Source of the DNA: Bacteroidales bacterium
Lineage (GTDB): Bacteria; Bacteroidota; Bacteroidia; Bacteroidales; UBA12077
Direction: 5' to 3'
Length of the DNA: 41,392 nucleotides
NCBI GenBank assembly: GCA_021740225.1
Contig: JAIPAF010000001.1
Coordinates: 1 to 41,392 of the forward strand
Shown here: positions 1-8,562 of the stretch, piece by piece
Position numbering within the stretch: position 1 is the first letter of the stretch
Layout: every line of letters begins with the position of its first letter
The notes under the pieces: generated by a model
The model's input: the letters and a program-made list of their open reading frames with translations, nothing else
Told to the model about the DNA's origin: nothing
Databases searched by the model: none
Program-made: the position numbers and the translations under genes

Positions 1-1
1 T

Positions 2-70
2 GCCCTCGTAGAGGGCCAATAGCGATAGAAAATATGGATCCGCCTCTACCCCGCGCCTCGTAGAGTGCGC
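2..70. repeat. Two related GC-rich hairpins sharing the core CCTCGTAGAG (GCCCTC-gta-GAGGGC at 2-16; GCGCCTC-gta-GAG-t-GCGC at 53-70)
   Basis: Read directly. The same 10-mer occurs about 50 nt apart, and each copy is embedded in a 6-7 bp GC-rich stem with a GTA loop. Each is followed by GCGATAGA. They lie at the window edge, so the upstream context is unknown. Confidence 0.5.
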
Positions 71-241
71 GATAGATTGTGGATTGTCTGCATTGTATAG
101 CAATTTATATAGAATTCGTATCTTTTATCCAATCCCTGCGCTTTTAAATCCCATTCTATTCCAATTTTCTGGGGTGTTCCTTATTTATTATGAAATTTTG
201 TATTTTTATTTCCCCATAACCCAATAAAACCTGAGAACATA

Positions 242-1063
242 ATGAAAAAGAAAACACTGAACATCATTACTCTGTTGACGGTGCTGCTTTCGGTAGCACT
301 GGCCATTGTTTCTTATTTCGGTGCCTTTGTGGAAGGCACCTATGCCCGTGATTCTGAATCCATGGGAGCTCAGGGGATGGGCCAGGATATGGTGAATCTG
401 TTTGTGGCGGTCCCTTTGATAATTGTCTCTCTGATTCTTATTTACAGAAATATAAAAGCGGGCTGGTTCCTTCTGACAGGCTCCGTTTTTTATGTGCTCT
501 ATTCATTTTTCATATATGCCTTCGGGGTGTATTTCAACCAGCTCTTTCTTCTTTATTGCCTCATCCTGGGATTATCGCTGTATACCTTTATATATATGCT
601 CTATGAAATGAATGGTATGGATATTCACGGTTGGTTTGCCGAAAAGGTTCCGGTTCGCCTCACCGGATATTATTTTATTCTTATTGCCATACTTTTTTAC
701 GGGCTCTGGCTGAAGGATGTCATTCCCGCCATAGTGAATGATACCGTTCCTGAGAGTGTAAGCAAATATAACCTACTGGTCAATCCGGTTCATGTTTTGG
801 ATATCGGCATTGTATTACCGGGCTTAATCATTGCTGCCTTTTTGCTGATGAAAAATTACCGGCTTGGGTTGATACTGGCACCTACCCTGTTGGTCTTTAT
901 CATTTTGCTTGCCATTGCATTGATTGGCATGACCCTTATGTTGCAGGTAAAAGGCATCAGTGATGATACCTCCGTGGCCGGAATATTTTCCTTTATGGCC
1001 ATCATCAGCATCGGTTTCCTGTTGATGTTTTTGAGGAAGTTGAAGGGAAAAGACGACCAATAA
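242..1063 (+). CDS. Multi-pass integral membrane protein of unknown function (about 7-8 hydrophobic helices)
   Basis: 273-aa ORF with an ATG start. It has an N-terminal hydrophobic helix and repeated 20-aa hydrophobic stretches rich in L/I/F/Y. I do not recognise the family. Confidence 0.6.
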   Translation: MKKKTLNIITLLTVLLSVALAIVSYFGAFVEGTYARDSESMGAQGMGQDMVNLFVAVPLIIVSLILIYRNIKAGWFLLTGSVFYVLYSFFIYAFGVYFNQLFLLYCLILGLSLYTFIYMLYEMNGMDIHGWFAEKVPVRLTGYYFILIAILFYGLWLKDVIPAIVNDTVPESVSKYNLLVNPVHVLDIGIVLPGLIIAAFLLMKNYRLGLILAPTLLVFIILLAIALIGMTLMLQVKGISDDTSVAGIFSFMAIISIGFLLMFLRKLKGKDDQ

Positions 1064-1068
1064 ACTCT

Positions 1069-1103
1069 AAAGAAACTTGCTTATTTTTGCCAGCAATTTC
1101 TTT
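1069..1103. terminator. Weak AT-rich imperfect hairpin between convergent genes (AAAGAAACTTGC ... GCAATTTCTTT)
   Basis: Inverted repeat with one bulged C and a 12-nt loop. It sits between the stop at 1063 (+) and the stop at 1147 (-). Confidence 0.3.
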
Positions 1104-1146
1104 GTGTCAATTAAACTCAGCAATTTTTATCTTATGGTGAAGATGT

Positions 1147-1551
1147 TCAATTTACCACCTGTTCTTCTTGTTTCTCTTCTGTTTTTTCTTTCTGTTCTTC
1201 TTTCTGTTTTTCTTTCTGCTGAAGGATATCCAGGAGTTCTATCAGTTTATCCGATTCTTTATCCAGTTCTTTAAATTTATTCCGGGCTTCCTCCAGCTTA
1301 TTTTTTTTCTTTAAACCGGGAATATCCCTGACAATTTGATGTATCTTTTCATGCAGATCCACGAACTTTTTCATTTCGGGATACTCTTTATAGGCTTCCC
1401 ACCCGTAGTTGTTGATCCATTGGCCCAGTATACAACTATCCGAGGAGACAATCTTGTTTTCATCCAATTCATCCAGGCCGAGCAAAAAGGCCTTGAGTTT
1501 CATTTTCCACATTCGGTGTTTGTGTTTGGCATAGAAAAAGTTAAGTTCCAT
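1147..1551 (-). CDS. Stand-alone CZB (chemoreceptor zinc-binding) domain protein with a K/E-rich C-terminal tail
   Basis: The sequence shows H12 (KHRMWK), C40 (SCILGQW) and H67/H71 (LHEKIH). Order and spacing fit the 3His/1Cys CZB signature HxxW...CxLGxW...HxxxH. The tail QQKEKQKEEQKEKTEEKQEEQ is low complexity. The gene starts 13 nt after the upstream gene stop. Confidence 0.75.
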   Translation of the reverse strand: MELNFFYAKHKHRMWKMKLKAFLLGLDELDENKIVSSDSCILGQWINNYGWEAYKEYPEMKKFVDLHEKIHQIVRDIPGLKKKNKLEEARNKFKELDKESDKLIELLDILQQKEKQKEEQKEKTEEKQEEQVVN

Positions 1552-1564
1552 ATGCTCTGCTGTT

Positions 1565-3343
1565 TTAGTTTTTATTATCCAGTCTTTGGTTATTATATTG
1601 ATGATCCGTCAGCTTTTTTTCTGCTTTCTCCAGCTGGCTCATCCAGGTATTGAACATCAGTTCAATTTCCCCTTCATAGAGCTGCTTGGTTTCTTCGTCT
1701 TTTTTCTTCTGAGCTTCCTTCATCTGTTCCAGCCGCTCCAGTTTTCTCTGGTTTTCAGCATTGAGTTCTTCAATTTCCTTTTTTTGTTGTTCATCTTTTT
1801 CCTGCAGGGAATCCTGGGTGGCACGTAATTCTTCAATGTTCTGCTTCAATTCTTCATCCCGGGAGCGAATCTCTTCCATCTGTTGCCGGACTTCTTCTTC
1901 CGCTTTTTTTCTTTCCGTGATGTCCCTGATCATGCCAAGGAACAGTCTTTTATTCTCGAGCCATACCTCCTCTACTCTGAGTTCAACAGGGAATTTCGTG
2001 CCATCTTTCGTGATTCCCTCTTCTTCACGGGCTTTTCCTATTATGTGTTTTTCGCCTGTTCGCAAATATCTGTTGATATAGGTATCATGCTGTTTGGCAT
2101 GTTTACCAGGCATCAGCATTTTTACATTTTTCCCGGCCACTTCATCGGCACTGTATCCGAAGATTTTTTCCGCCGAAGGGTTGAATTGATCAATAAGTCC
2201 ATTTTCATCGATGGTGATGATGGCATCCATAACATTTTCAAAAATCATCTTGGATTTGGCCTGACTTTGTTCCAGCGATTCCTGGGTAGTTTGCATTTCC
2301 TCCATATTCTGCCGCAGCTCTTCTTCCTGGGATGCCAGTTCTTCGGCCTGCTGCTGCGATTTTCGAAGCAATTCATTGGTTCGCTGGTTAATCTTGATAG
2401 ATGACAGGGTAGATGCAACACTTTCTCCTATGCGTTCCACAAAATTTCTTTGGTACTGTTCTATGGGCTTGAAAGAAGCCAGTTCAATGACACCATGCAC
2501 TTTATCCTCCAGCTTTAAAGGAACGATAAAAAGGTAATTCGGATTGGCCTCCCCCAACCCGGAAGTAATATAGATATAGTCTTGGGGTATTTCCGACATA
2601 TAGATGGATTCCTTCTCGATAGCACATGTTCCCACAAGGCCTTCCCCCCATTCAATGCTTTTGGTCTTGTATTTTCTGCGATTAAATGCATAGGAGGCTG
2701 CCAGTTCAAAATAGCTGGATTGGCTTTGCTCCTGATTGGAACTGTCTTGCTGGTCAGGATCCTCACTTTCCTCTTCATGAAGTATAAACAGTCCGCCCTG
2801 ATTGACATCCAGATATTTCACGAGGTTACTGATTACATGGTAGGATAATTCATAGAGGTCATTCCCTTTATCTTTGCGCAATATATCATTAAACATCGCT
2901 ACACCCTCAGAAATCCAGTTTCTTTGTTCATCTTCCTTCTGGCGTTTAATTGCTTCCAGCTCGTTTTGCTTCATTTTGTCACGCAGGTTTATCAATACTT
3001 GACTGATTGATGTATTTTCCCGGATGTCCAATTCTGCATCAAGATTTCCTTCCTCCAGTTCTTTGCTATACTGCATGGCTTTATCCTGAATTTCCCTCAT
3101 TCGCTGATTATCTTTATCCAGCTTTTCCTTTTTCCTGATACATCTGGTATAATAACGAGCTGCCCATACAAATCCTCCTAATATTGCATAAAACATCCAT
3201 ATTAATGGATTGGAAGCATGCAACTGACTGAGATTCTGAAATGAAAAATGTTCGTTGGTAATCCACATGCTCATCAAATTCGCAAAAATGATCAGTACTA
3301 TAGCTAAAACCACGCTTACTTGATATACAGACATTGATTTCAT
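1565..3343 (-). CDS. Membrane-anchored GAF + PAS coiled-coil sensor protein with no recognisable output domain
   Basis: 592 aa with two N-terminal hydrophobic helices. The GAF-like core is LVGTCAIEKESIYMSEIP...HGVIELASF. The PAS S-box is MDAIITIDENGLIDQFNPSAEKIFGYSADEV...GMIRDITERK. The linkers are long and E/K/Q-rich. I see no H-box, GGDEF, EAL, HTH or MCP signalling motif. Confidence 0.85.
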   Translation of the reverse strand: MKSMSVYQVSVVLAIVLIIFANLMSMWITNEHFSFQNLSQLHASNPLIWMFYAILGGFVWAARYYTRCIRKKEKLDKDNQRMREIQDKAMQYSKELEEGNLDAELDIRENTSISQVLINLRDKMKQNELEAIKRQKEDEQRNWISEGVAMFNDILRKDKGNDLYELSYHVISNLVKYLDVNQGGLFILHEEESEDPDQQDSSNQEQSQSSYFELAASYAFNRRKYKTKSIEWGEGLVGTCAIEKESIYMSEIPQDYIYITSGLGEANPNYLFIVPLKLEDKVHGVIELASFKPIEQYQRNFVERIGESVASTLSSIKINQRTNELLRKSQQQAEELASQEEELRQNMEEMQTTQESLEQSQAKSKMIFENVMDAIITIDENGLIDQFNPSAEKIFGYSADEVAGKNVKMLMPGKHAKQHDTYINRYLRTGEKHIIGKAREEEGITKDGTKFPVELRVEEVWLENKRLFLGMIRDITERKKAEEEVRQQMEEIRSRDEELKQNIEELRATQDSLQEKDEQQKKEIEELNAENQRKLERLEQMKEAQKKKDEETKQLYEGEIELMFNTWMSQLEKAEKKLTDHQYNNQRLDNKN

Positions 3344-3408
3344 GGTTCTTAATTTTTTTTAGATAAACTAATTATTGGAAACATTAGTAATTTCAGTCAT
3401 TTTTCATG

Positions 3409-3416
3409 CAAAGCTA
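3409..3416 (-). promoter_or_regulatory. Candidate Bacteroidota -7 box (TAGCTTTG on the minus strand) upstream of the GAF-PAS gene
   Basis: Matches TAnnTTTG and lies about 66 nt upstream of the ATG at 3343. No clean TTG -33 partner is present. Confidence 0.3.
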
Positions 3417-3548
3417 TAAAGGGGCACATAAGTGGGAAACAGGTTTTTCCCTGAATTTAATAAAATAGGGGATTTACTTGAGAAGATACCAAAAGCAATT
3501 AAACTATACCAGTTTTTTGCATTGGGACACCCTGAAATTTTTGCGTCA

Positions 3549-3568
3549 GAATTATTCATGAATAATTC
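3549..3568. promoter_or_regulatory. Perfect 20-bp palindrome GAATTATTCA|TGAATAATTC, a candidate dimeric-regulator operator
   Basis: Read directly. The two 10-bp halves are exact reverse complements. It lies in the 520-bp intergenic gap, 206 bp upstream of the GAF-PAS start and 297 bp downstream of the LuxR-type regulator stop. Confidence 0.5.
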
Positions 3569-3864
3569 GGGCTTAGTTCCGTCGTGGCGCCGAAGAAATT
3601 TTCTACATACCTTAGATATTTATTCGCGCCACATGGAGGAACGGGGAAGAATTCGAGAAATTAGATTTGTGCCAAATGATTTTCAGGTCTAGCGTTTTTT
3701 GTTTACTTTTTTTGGTAATGAAAAAAAGGAAAACATAAAGCTAAGCTACTTTACTCTGAACATGGGACTTATCATCAGGTTAAGAGAAATTTGTTTGCAG
3801 CTAAAGCTGCGGTAAGAATAATGCAGGTTAGGTAGTAACAAGCATTTGGTAGGCCAATATAATC

Positions 3865-4947
3865 TCAGTCCAGTTCAATCGCATTATTTTTAACGGCATA
3901 AATTACCAGGTCGGCTGTGTTTTTCGAGCCCGTTTTTTCCAGCAGGCTCGTTCGGTGTGAGTCAACGGTTTTCACGCTCACATACATATGATCTGCAATC
4001 TCCTGGTTGGTCATCCCCCGGCAGATGTATTGAAGCACCTCAATCTCCCTTTTGGTTAATCCCTCTTCGTTCTTGAACTCCTGCTCTTTGGTCTCTTTAT
4101 CAAATTCACTGGCCAGTTTTTGCGCCATTTCATCCGGTATCGTTTCTTTATTTTGGATAATCCCATTAATCGTTTTGTTCAGGTCCTCCAGGGGATATAA
4201 TTCCCCGGAATAATCAAATCCCGGATCGCTTAACCCAACCATACCCAGCACGGCTTTTTCGTTATTCAACGTGGTTATACCCCCGGAGCTTTCCACTTCT
4301 ATATACTGATTATTTTTTTTTAGCAAGCGGAACTTTTGATGAAATCTTTTCTGGACTCCTCTTTCACACTTTCTGAGGGCTGAATAAAAATCCTCCTTGT
4401 CCTCAGGATGAATCAGATCTTGAAGAAAAATATGATCCAGTTCTTGTTTCTGGTATCCACATATTTCGGCAAACTTCGGATTAGAGAATACAATCCGGTC
4501 ATTCTGGGATATGAAGATGCCGATCATCGAGTTGTTCAACAACCCATGAAAATTTTCATGGGTTTTGTCAAGTAATTTTTGATATTTGGCAAGTCTTGTC
4601 TGAATAGCAGTTAACAACTCATCAAAATCAAAAGGCTTGGTAATGTAATCATCGGCCCCCAGATTCATGCCGGCCCGGATGTCTTCTTTTTCCGTTTTTG
4701 CCGTCAGGAAAATAAAAGGGAGTGGTTCTGTGGAAGGATTTTGCTGCAGCGTGTTATAAATCTGATAGCCGTCAAGCTGAGGCACGGCTATGTCACACAA
4801 TATCAGATCAGGTATTTCATCCATGGCTTTCTTGATTCCGGTCAAACCATCTTCAGCCTGAAGTGCCTTATATCCCTCCTTTTCAAGAAAGTCTGAAGTC
4901 GTCTGTAACAACATGGTATCATCTTCAATGATAAGGATGGTCTTCAT
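3865..4947 (-). CDS. Response regulator: REC + PAS + LuxR/FixJ-type HTH
   Basis: The N-terminal receiver reads MKTILIIEDD...LILCDIAVPQLDG...ITKPF. A central PAS-like segment follows. The C-terminal LTKREIEVLQYICRGMTNQEIADHMYVSVKTVDSHRTSLLEKTG is a classic LuxR HTH. Confidence 0.9.
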   Translation of the reverse strand: MKTILIIEDDTMLLQTTSDFLEKEGYKALQAEDGLTGIKKAMDEIPDLILCDIAVPQLDGYQIYNTLQQNPSTEPLPFIFLTAKTEKEDIRAGMNLGADDYITKPFDFDELLTAIQTRLAKYQKLLDKTHENFHGLLNNSMIGIFISQNDRIVFSNPKFAEICGYQKQELDHIFLQDLIHPEDKEDFYSALRKCERGVQKRFHQKFRLLKKNNQYIEVESSGGITTLNNEKAVLGMVGLSDPGFDYSGELYPLEDLNKTINGIIQNKETIPDEMAQKLASEFDKETKEQEFKNEEGLTKREIEVLQYICRGMTNQEIADHMYVSVKTVDSHRTSLLEKTGSKNTADLVIYAVKNNAIELD

Positions 4948-4959
4948 AATAATCTTTTT

Positions 4960-7900
4960 TTAGGACTCCGGTATTTGGTAAGGAACATCAACCGTGACTC
5001 TTGTACCCTGATTGATTTTACTGTCAATATGAATTTCTCCGTTGAGCAGGTCAACACAGTGCTTCACGATGGCAAGGCCCAGGCCGGTACCTCTTATTGT
5101 TCCCGTGTTATCTGACCTGAAAAAGGGATCAAAAATATGTTCAAGATGCTTTTGGGGTATTCCCCTGCCTTTATCTTCCACCCTGATGGATAATTTTCCG
5201 TGAGACAGACATTTAACATAGAGATTGACCTGCGAATCCGAATACTTTAAGGCATTGGACAACAAGTTGTTTACCACATACTTTAATAAAAACCTATCGA
5301 TCACAATTTGTCGGATTGAGCAATCATCATTAAAAATAATATTGTTTTTACGATCAAAATAAGTTAGGGTTTCTTCCATAATGTTTTGAAAAAAATTATT
5401 TATTTCAATTTGAACCGGATGCAATTTGAGCCTGTTGTTTTCTTTTTTACTGAAAAGAGAGATATCATCCAGCATGGAGTTTAGCATGCTTACAGCACTG
5501 TGTATCCTTTCAAAATACCGGCTTTTTTCATTGCTGTCCAGTCTGTTCTCGTAACGTTGAAACATTTGGATATTGGAATAGATGTTGGCCAGGGGCGTTC
5601 TAAATTCATGAGATACCATTGAGATGAAACGGGTTTTCATGTGGTTAAGCTCTTTTTCCTTTTCCAGCGACCGGTAGACATTTTCTTCCGCCTGTTTGCG
5701 TTCAGTAATGTTGCGAACGGCAGAAAGGACGAGGGGCTCATCGTTCAGTTCAAACAGGTGGGCGCTAACTTCTACCGGAATACGAGATCCATCCCTGGCT
5801 ACATGCCTTGTCTCAAAGGTCACTTGCCCTTGTTCCTGCAGTTCTTTAGTGAAATAGGGTATATGGGATGCAAACACAGGGTCATCAATATCCCCGGGCG
5901 ACATGCTCAGAAGTTGATCCCTGCTATAACCAAGCATGTTACAAGCTACATCGTTGACTTCAATGAAATTCCCGGGCTCTCCTTTATCTGATATTTTATG
6001 AAGGTACATGCCATCGTTGGTGTTGTTGAATATTTGCCGGTATTTTTCCTCCCTTTCTGCCAGGGCCCTTTCCGCATTCTTGCGGCTTGTAATGTCCAGG
6101 ATACTCACCAGAACGAGAGGTTCTTCCTGAATATTGATAAAAGAAGTGGAAATCAACAAAGTCAATGCTTTTTCTTCTCCATTTATCAAAAATGGTAATG
6201 TCCCTTCAATGTTTTCGTTAGATCTGCCGGTCTCGAAGGTGTCCAATACCGTATTGTTCACGGGACATTTACTACAAAAGGGACTAAAGCCACAGCCTCT
6301 CGGATCTTGTAAATGATTTATACACTGTAATGCTGCCCCGCCTTTTAGTCCAATGAGTTTCTCTGAGGAGGTGCCGGTAAATTTCTCCCCAAATCTGTTA
6401 ATTTTTCGAACCCTTCTTTCCCGATCCAACAACATCATAATAAATGGGGCATTTTCATAAATGGCAGCCAGTTCAGCTTCACTCTTTCTAATCTTTTCCT
6501 CTGCCTTTTTTCGTGCAGTAATATCCAGAAAAACCGCAATAGCGGCAGTTTGTTTCCCTTTGGCATTTATAACAGGGGATGCATTGGACAGCACATAACG
6601 GGTTGCATTATTGCCCCGGCTAATTAAAAATTCACGGCTACAGGTCTCTCCATTTGAAGCCGCCCTTATCAGAGGAAATTCCTCTTTGTTGTAGGGAGTC
6701 CCGTCAAGATGAAATACTTGCCGGTTGACTTCGTAATTTTTCGGGTTTACATTGTTTTTCAGATCTTCATAGTTCTCATTTAAAATAGATAGCCCTGCCT
6801 CATTTCCAAACCTCAATTTCCCGGAAGGGGCTTCTGCTATGGCAATTCCCGCCCGGCTATTTTTCATTGCAGCTTGCAAGAGTGCTTCGTTTTCTTCAGC
6901 TTTGTCTTTGGCTTCCATCAGTTCCTGTTTGTATTGTTCCTCCTTAAGTTTGGAATGCAGTAACGGGGCAATGTAATCGCATAATCGTCGGATCAATTTT
7001 TTATCGTTATTGTCATATCCACTTGTTTTATTGGCAAGGGCGATTTGTCCGATTAATATATTATTGACAACAATCGGGGCAACTATGGCGGACTTAAGCT
7101 GCACATGACCTTCCGGAAGATGCAGATTCCCGTTTTGGTATAAGGTTTTTCTTTCTTTCAGAGATTTACCCCATAACCCTCCCCATAAATTTTTCGGGAA
7201 AACGATGCTCTTATCTTCAATCTGACATTCATTCCAAACATCCTTTGTCATAGACTCAGCAACAAGGTCGCCGCTATCATTTATGTATCCAAAATATCCA
7301 TATTCACTGGATAATACTTTCCTGATAATATCCAGCACCTCTTTATAAAAGTTTTTTCCTGTACTGTTGATGAAAGTGTTTGAAATTCTGTTCTTGACCA
7401 GAAGCTCTTCTTCAGTCGTTTCCAATTCTTCATTTTTTTTCTGCAGATCAAACTCAGTCTGTTTTCTACCCGTTATATCCTGAACCATCCCTTCCGATTT
7501 GATAATACTCCCTGATTCATCCCGGATATGTTCACATTTCTCGTGAACATACCGTATTTCTCCCGTATTTTTTCTTATGATTCTGTGTTCTATTTCATAT
7601 TGGTCTCTTCCGTCTTTTATTGATTGCTCATAAGCCTCTGAAACCGCTTTCCGGTCATTTGGATGCACCATATTTAAAAAGGCTTCATAGGTACCTGCAA
7701 ATTCCTGAAGTTCCAGGCCAAATATACGGTATACTTCGTCCGACCAAATCAGTTTGTTATCAGATAGGTCCAATTCCCAGCTTCCAAGCTGAGCAATATG
7801 TTGCGTGCTTGCTAAAAGTCTTTTGTACTGCCGGAGTTCTTTTTCAGTTCGTTTCCATTCGCTGAAGTGCTGTTTCTTTTCATGAATCAATTTTCTGATA

Positions 7901-8163
7901 CGATCACCAATCAGATTCAATCCCTTGTACAATTGACTCAATTCATCATCTTTTTCCGGGATAGAAATTTTTTCCGGAATTTCTCTTTCTGCATATTGAT
8001 TTATGTAGCTGGTAAGGCGATTTAATTGTTCGCTTACATACTGCTTGTAGGATTCCAAATCACTTGTTGCCATGGTGTCAATTCGTTTTTGCTGCTTTTT
8101 GTTTCTCCATTTACTTATATATTTACAAAACGGGAACATACCGGAATATGGTTCAATTCTCAT
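4960..8163 (-). CDS. Large cytoplasmic sensor histidine kinase (PAS-GAF-PAS-PAS-PAS-HisKA-HATPase)
   Basis: H-box SHEFRTPL and ATPase motifs [16 protein letters not shown] and GTGLGLAIV are present. Several PAS ends of the form DIT(G/A/S/E)RK occur. The GAF-like segment is [14 protein letters not shown]...IGQIALANK. The start is uncertain because an in-frame ATG at 8073 (MATSD...) is equally plausible. The gene ends 12 nt upstream of the response regulator. Confidence 0.9.
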   Translation of the reverse strand: MRIEPYSGMFPFCKYISKWRNKKQQKRIDTMATSDLESYKQYVSEQLNRLTSYINQYAEREIPEKISIPEKDDELSQLYKGLNLIGDRIRKLIHEKKQHFSEWKRTEKELRQYKRLLASTQHIAQLGSWELDLSDNKLIWSDEVYRIFGLELQEFAGTYEAFLNMVHPNDRKAVSEAYEQSIKDGRDQYEIEHRIIRKNTGEIRYVHEKCEHIRDESGSIIKSEGMVQDITGRKQTEFDLQKKNEELETTEEELLVKNRISNTFINSTGKNFYKEVLDIIRKVLSSEYGYFGYINDSGDLVAESMTKDVWNECQIEDKSIVFPKNLWGGLWGKSLKERKTLYQNGNLHLPEGHVQLKSAIVAPIVVNNILIGQIALANKTSGYDNNDKKLIRRLCDYIAPLLHSKLKEEQYKQELMEAKDKAEENEALLQAAMKNSRAGIAIAEAPSGKLRFGNEAGLSILNENYEDLKNNVNPKNYEVNRQVFHLDGTPYNKEEFPLIRAASNGETCSREFLISRGNNATRYVLSNASPVINAKGKQTAAIAVFLDITARKKAEEKIRKSEAELAAIYENAPFIMMLLDRERRVRKINRFGEKFTGTSSEKLIGLKGGAALQCINHLQDPRGCGFSPFCSKCPVNNTVLDTFETGRSNENIEGTLPFLINGEEKALTLLISTSFINIQEEPLVLVSILDITSRKNAERALAEREEKYRQIFNNTNDGMYLHKISDKGEPGNFIEVNDVACNMLGYSRDQLLSMSPGDIDDPVFASHIPYFTKELQEQGQVTFETRHVARDGSRIPVEVSAHLFELNDEPLVLSAVRNITERKQAEENVYRSLEKEKELNHMKTRFISMVSHEFRTPLANIYSNIQMFQRYENRLDSNEKSRYFERIHSAVSMLNSMLDDISLFSKKENNRLKLHPVQIEINNFFQNIMEETLTYFDRKNNIIFNDDCSIRQIVIDRFLLKYVVNNLLSNALKYSDSQVNLYVKCLSHGKLSIRVEDKGRGIPQKHLEHIFDPFFRSDNTGTIRGTGLGLAIVKHCVDLLNGEIHIDSKINQGTRVTVDVPYQIPES

Positions 8164-8271
8164 TGTAAGAAATATACTTTTAACTAAATTATATAAGTTT
8201 TTAAAACTCCCAAAAATATGCCGGTAAATTATGTAATGCTGAATTCGTTACCAGAGAATCGGGGAGGTGAA

Positions 8272-8318
8272 TAAAAAAACCATTGCATTCAACTTATGCA
8301 ATGGTTCTATTTTTTTTA
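8272..8318 (-). terminator. Rho-independent-type hairpin downstream of tRNA-Ala (AACCATTGCAT-7nt-ATGCAATGGTT), flanked by A-run and T-run and therefore bidirectional in form
   Basis: Perfect 11-bp stem at 8278-8288/8296-8306 with a 7-nt loop. On the minus strand it is followed by TTTTTTTAT. It sits between the tRNA 3' end (8325) and the kinase gene. Confidence 0.7.
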
Positions 8319-8324
8319 TTAATG

Positions 8325-8398
8325 TGGAGACTATGGGATTCGAACCCATGACCTCTTGACTGCCAGTCAAACGCTCTAGCCAGCTGAGCTAAGTCCCC
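8325..8398 (-). tRNA. tRNA-Ala, anticodon GGC
   Basis: The reverse complement folds as a 74-nt cloverleaf: GGGGACT TA GCTC AGCTGGCTA GAGC G TTTGA CTGGCAG TCAAG AGGTC ATGGG TTCGAAT CCCAT AGTCTCC A. The G3:U70 alanine identity pair and a TTCGAAT T-loop are present. CCA is not encoded. Confidence 0.92.
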
Positions 8399-8502
8399 TT
8401 TAAATTTTCCAATGCAAAAGTAATATTTTTATTGTTGATGGAAAAACTTTTTGAAGAATAACCTGTATTGTAATCGGTATCAATAGGTGGCACCCGTTAG
8501 TG

Positions 8503-8534
8503 TTGCGGTGGTGTCATTATAATATATATATTTG
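8503..8534 (+). promoter_or_regulatory. Candidate Bacteroidota sigma-A promoter for panC (TTG, 21 nt spacer, TATATTTG)
   Basis: TTG at 8503-8505 and TAnnTTTG at 8527-8534, 29 nt upstream of the panC ATG. Confidence 0.45.
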
Positions 8535-8562
8535 TGTATTCGTTGGTTAAGTATTTAACTTC

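Noticed and set aside
3432-3692. 86-aa plus-strand ORF (GTG start) in the 520-bp intergenic gap, and a 51-aa minus-strand ORF at 3404-3559 that starts inside the palindrome
   Set aside because: Neither shows family resemblance, a promoter motif or a convincing start context. They overlap each other and the candidate regulatory elements. I kept the region as regulatory or possibly a structured RNA rather than coding.
8164-8562. Genomic-island insertion at tRNA-Ala
   Set aside because: No integrase, no direct repeat of the tRNA 3' end and no phage or conjugation genes appear on either side. I retained only a low-interest boundary note.
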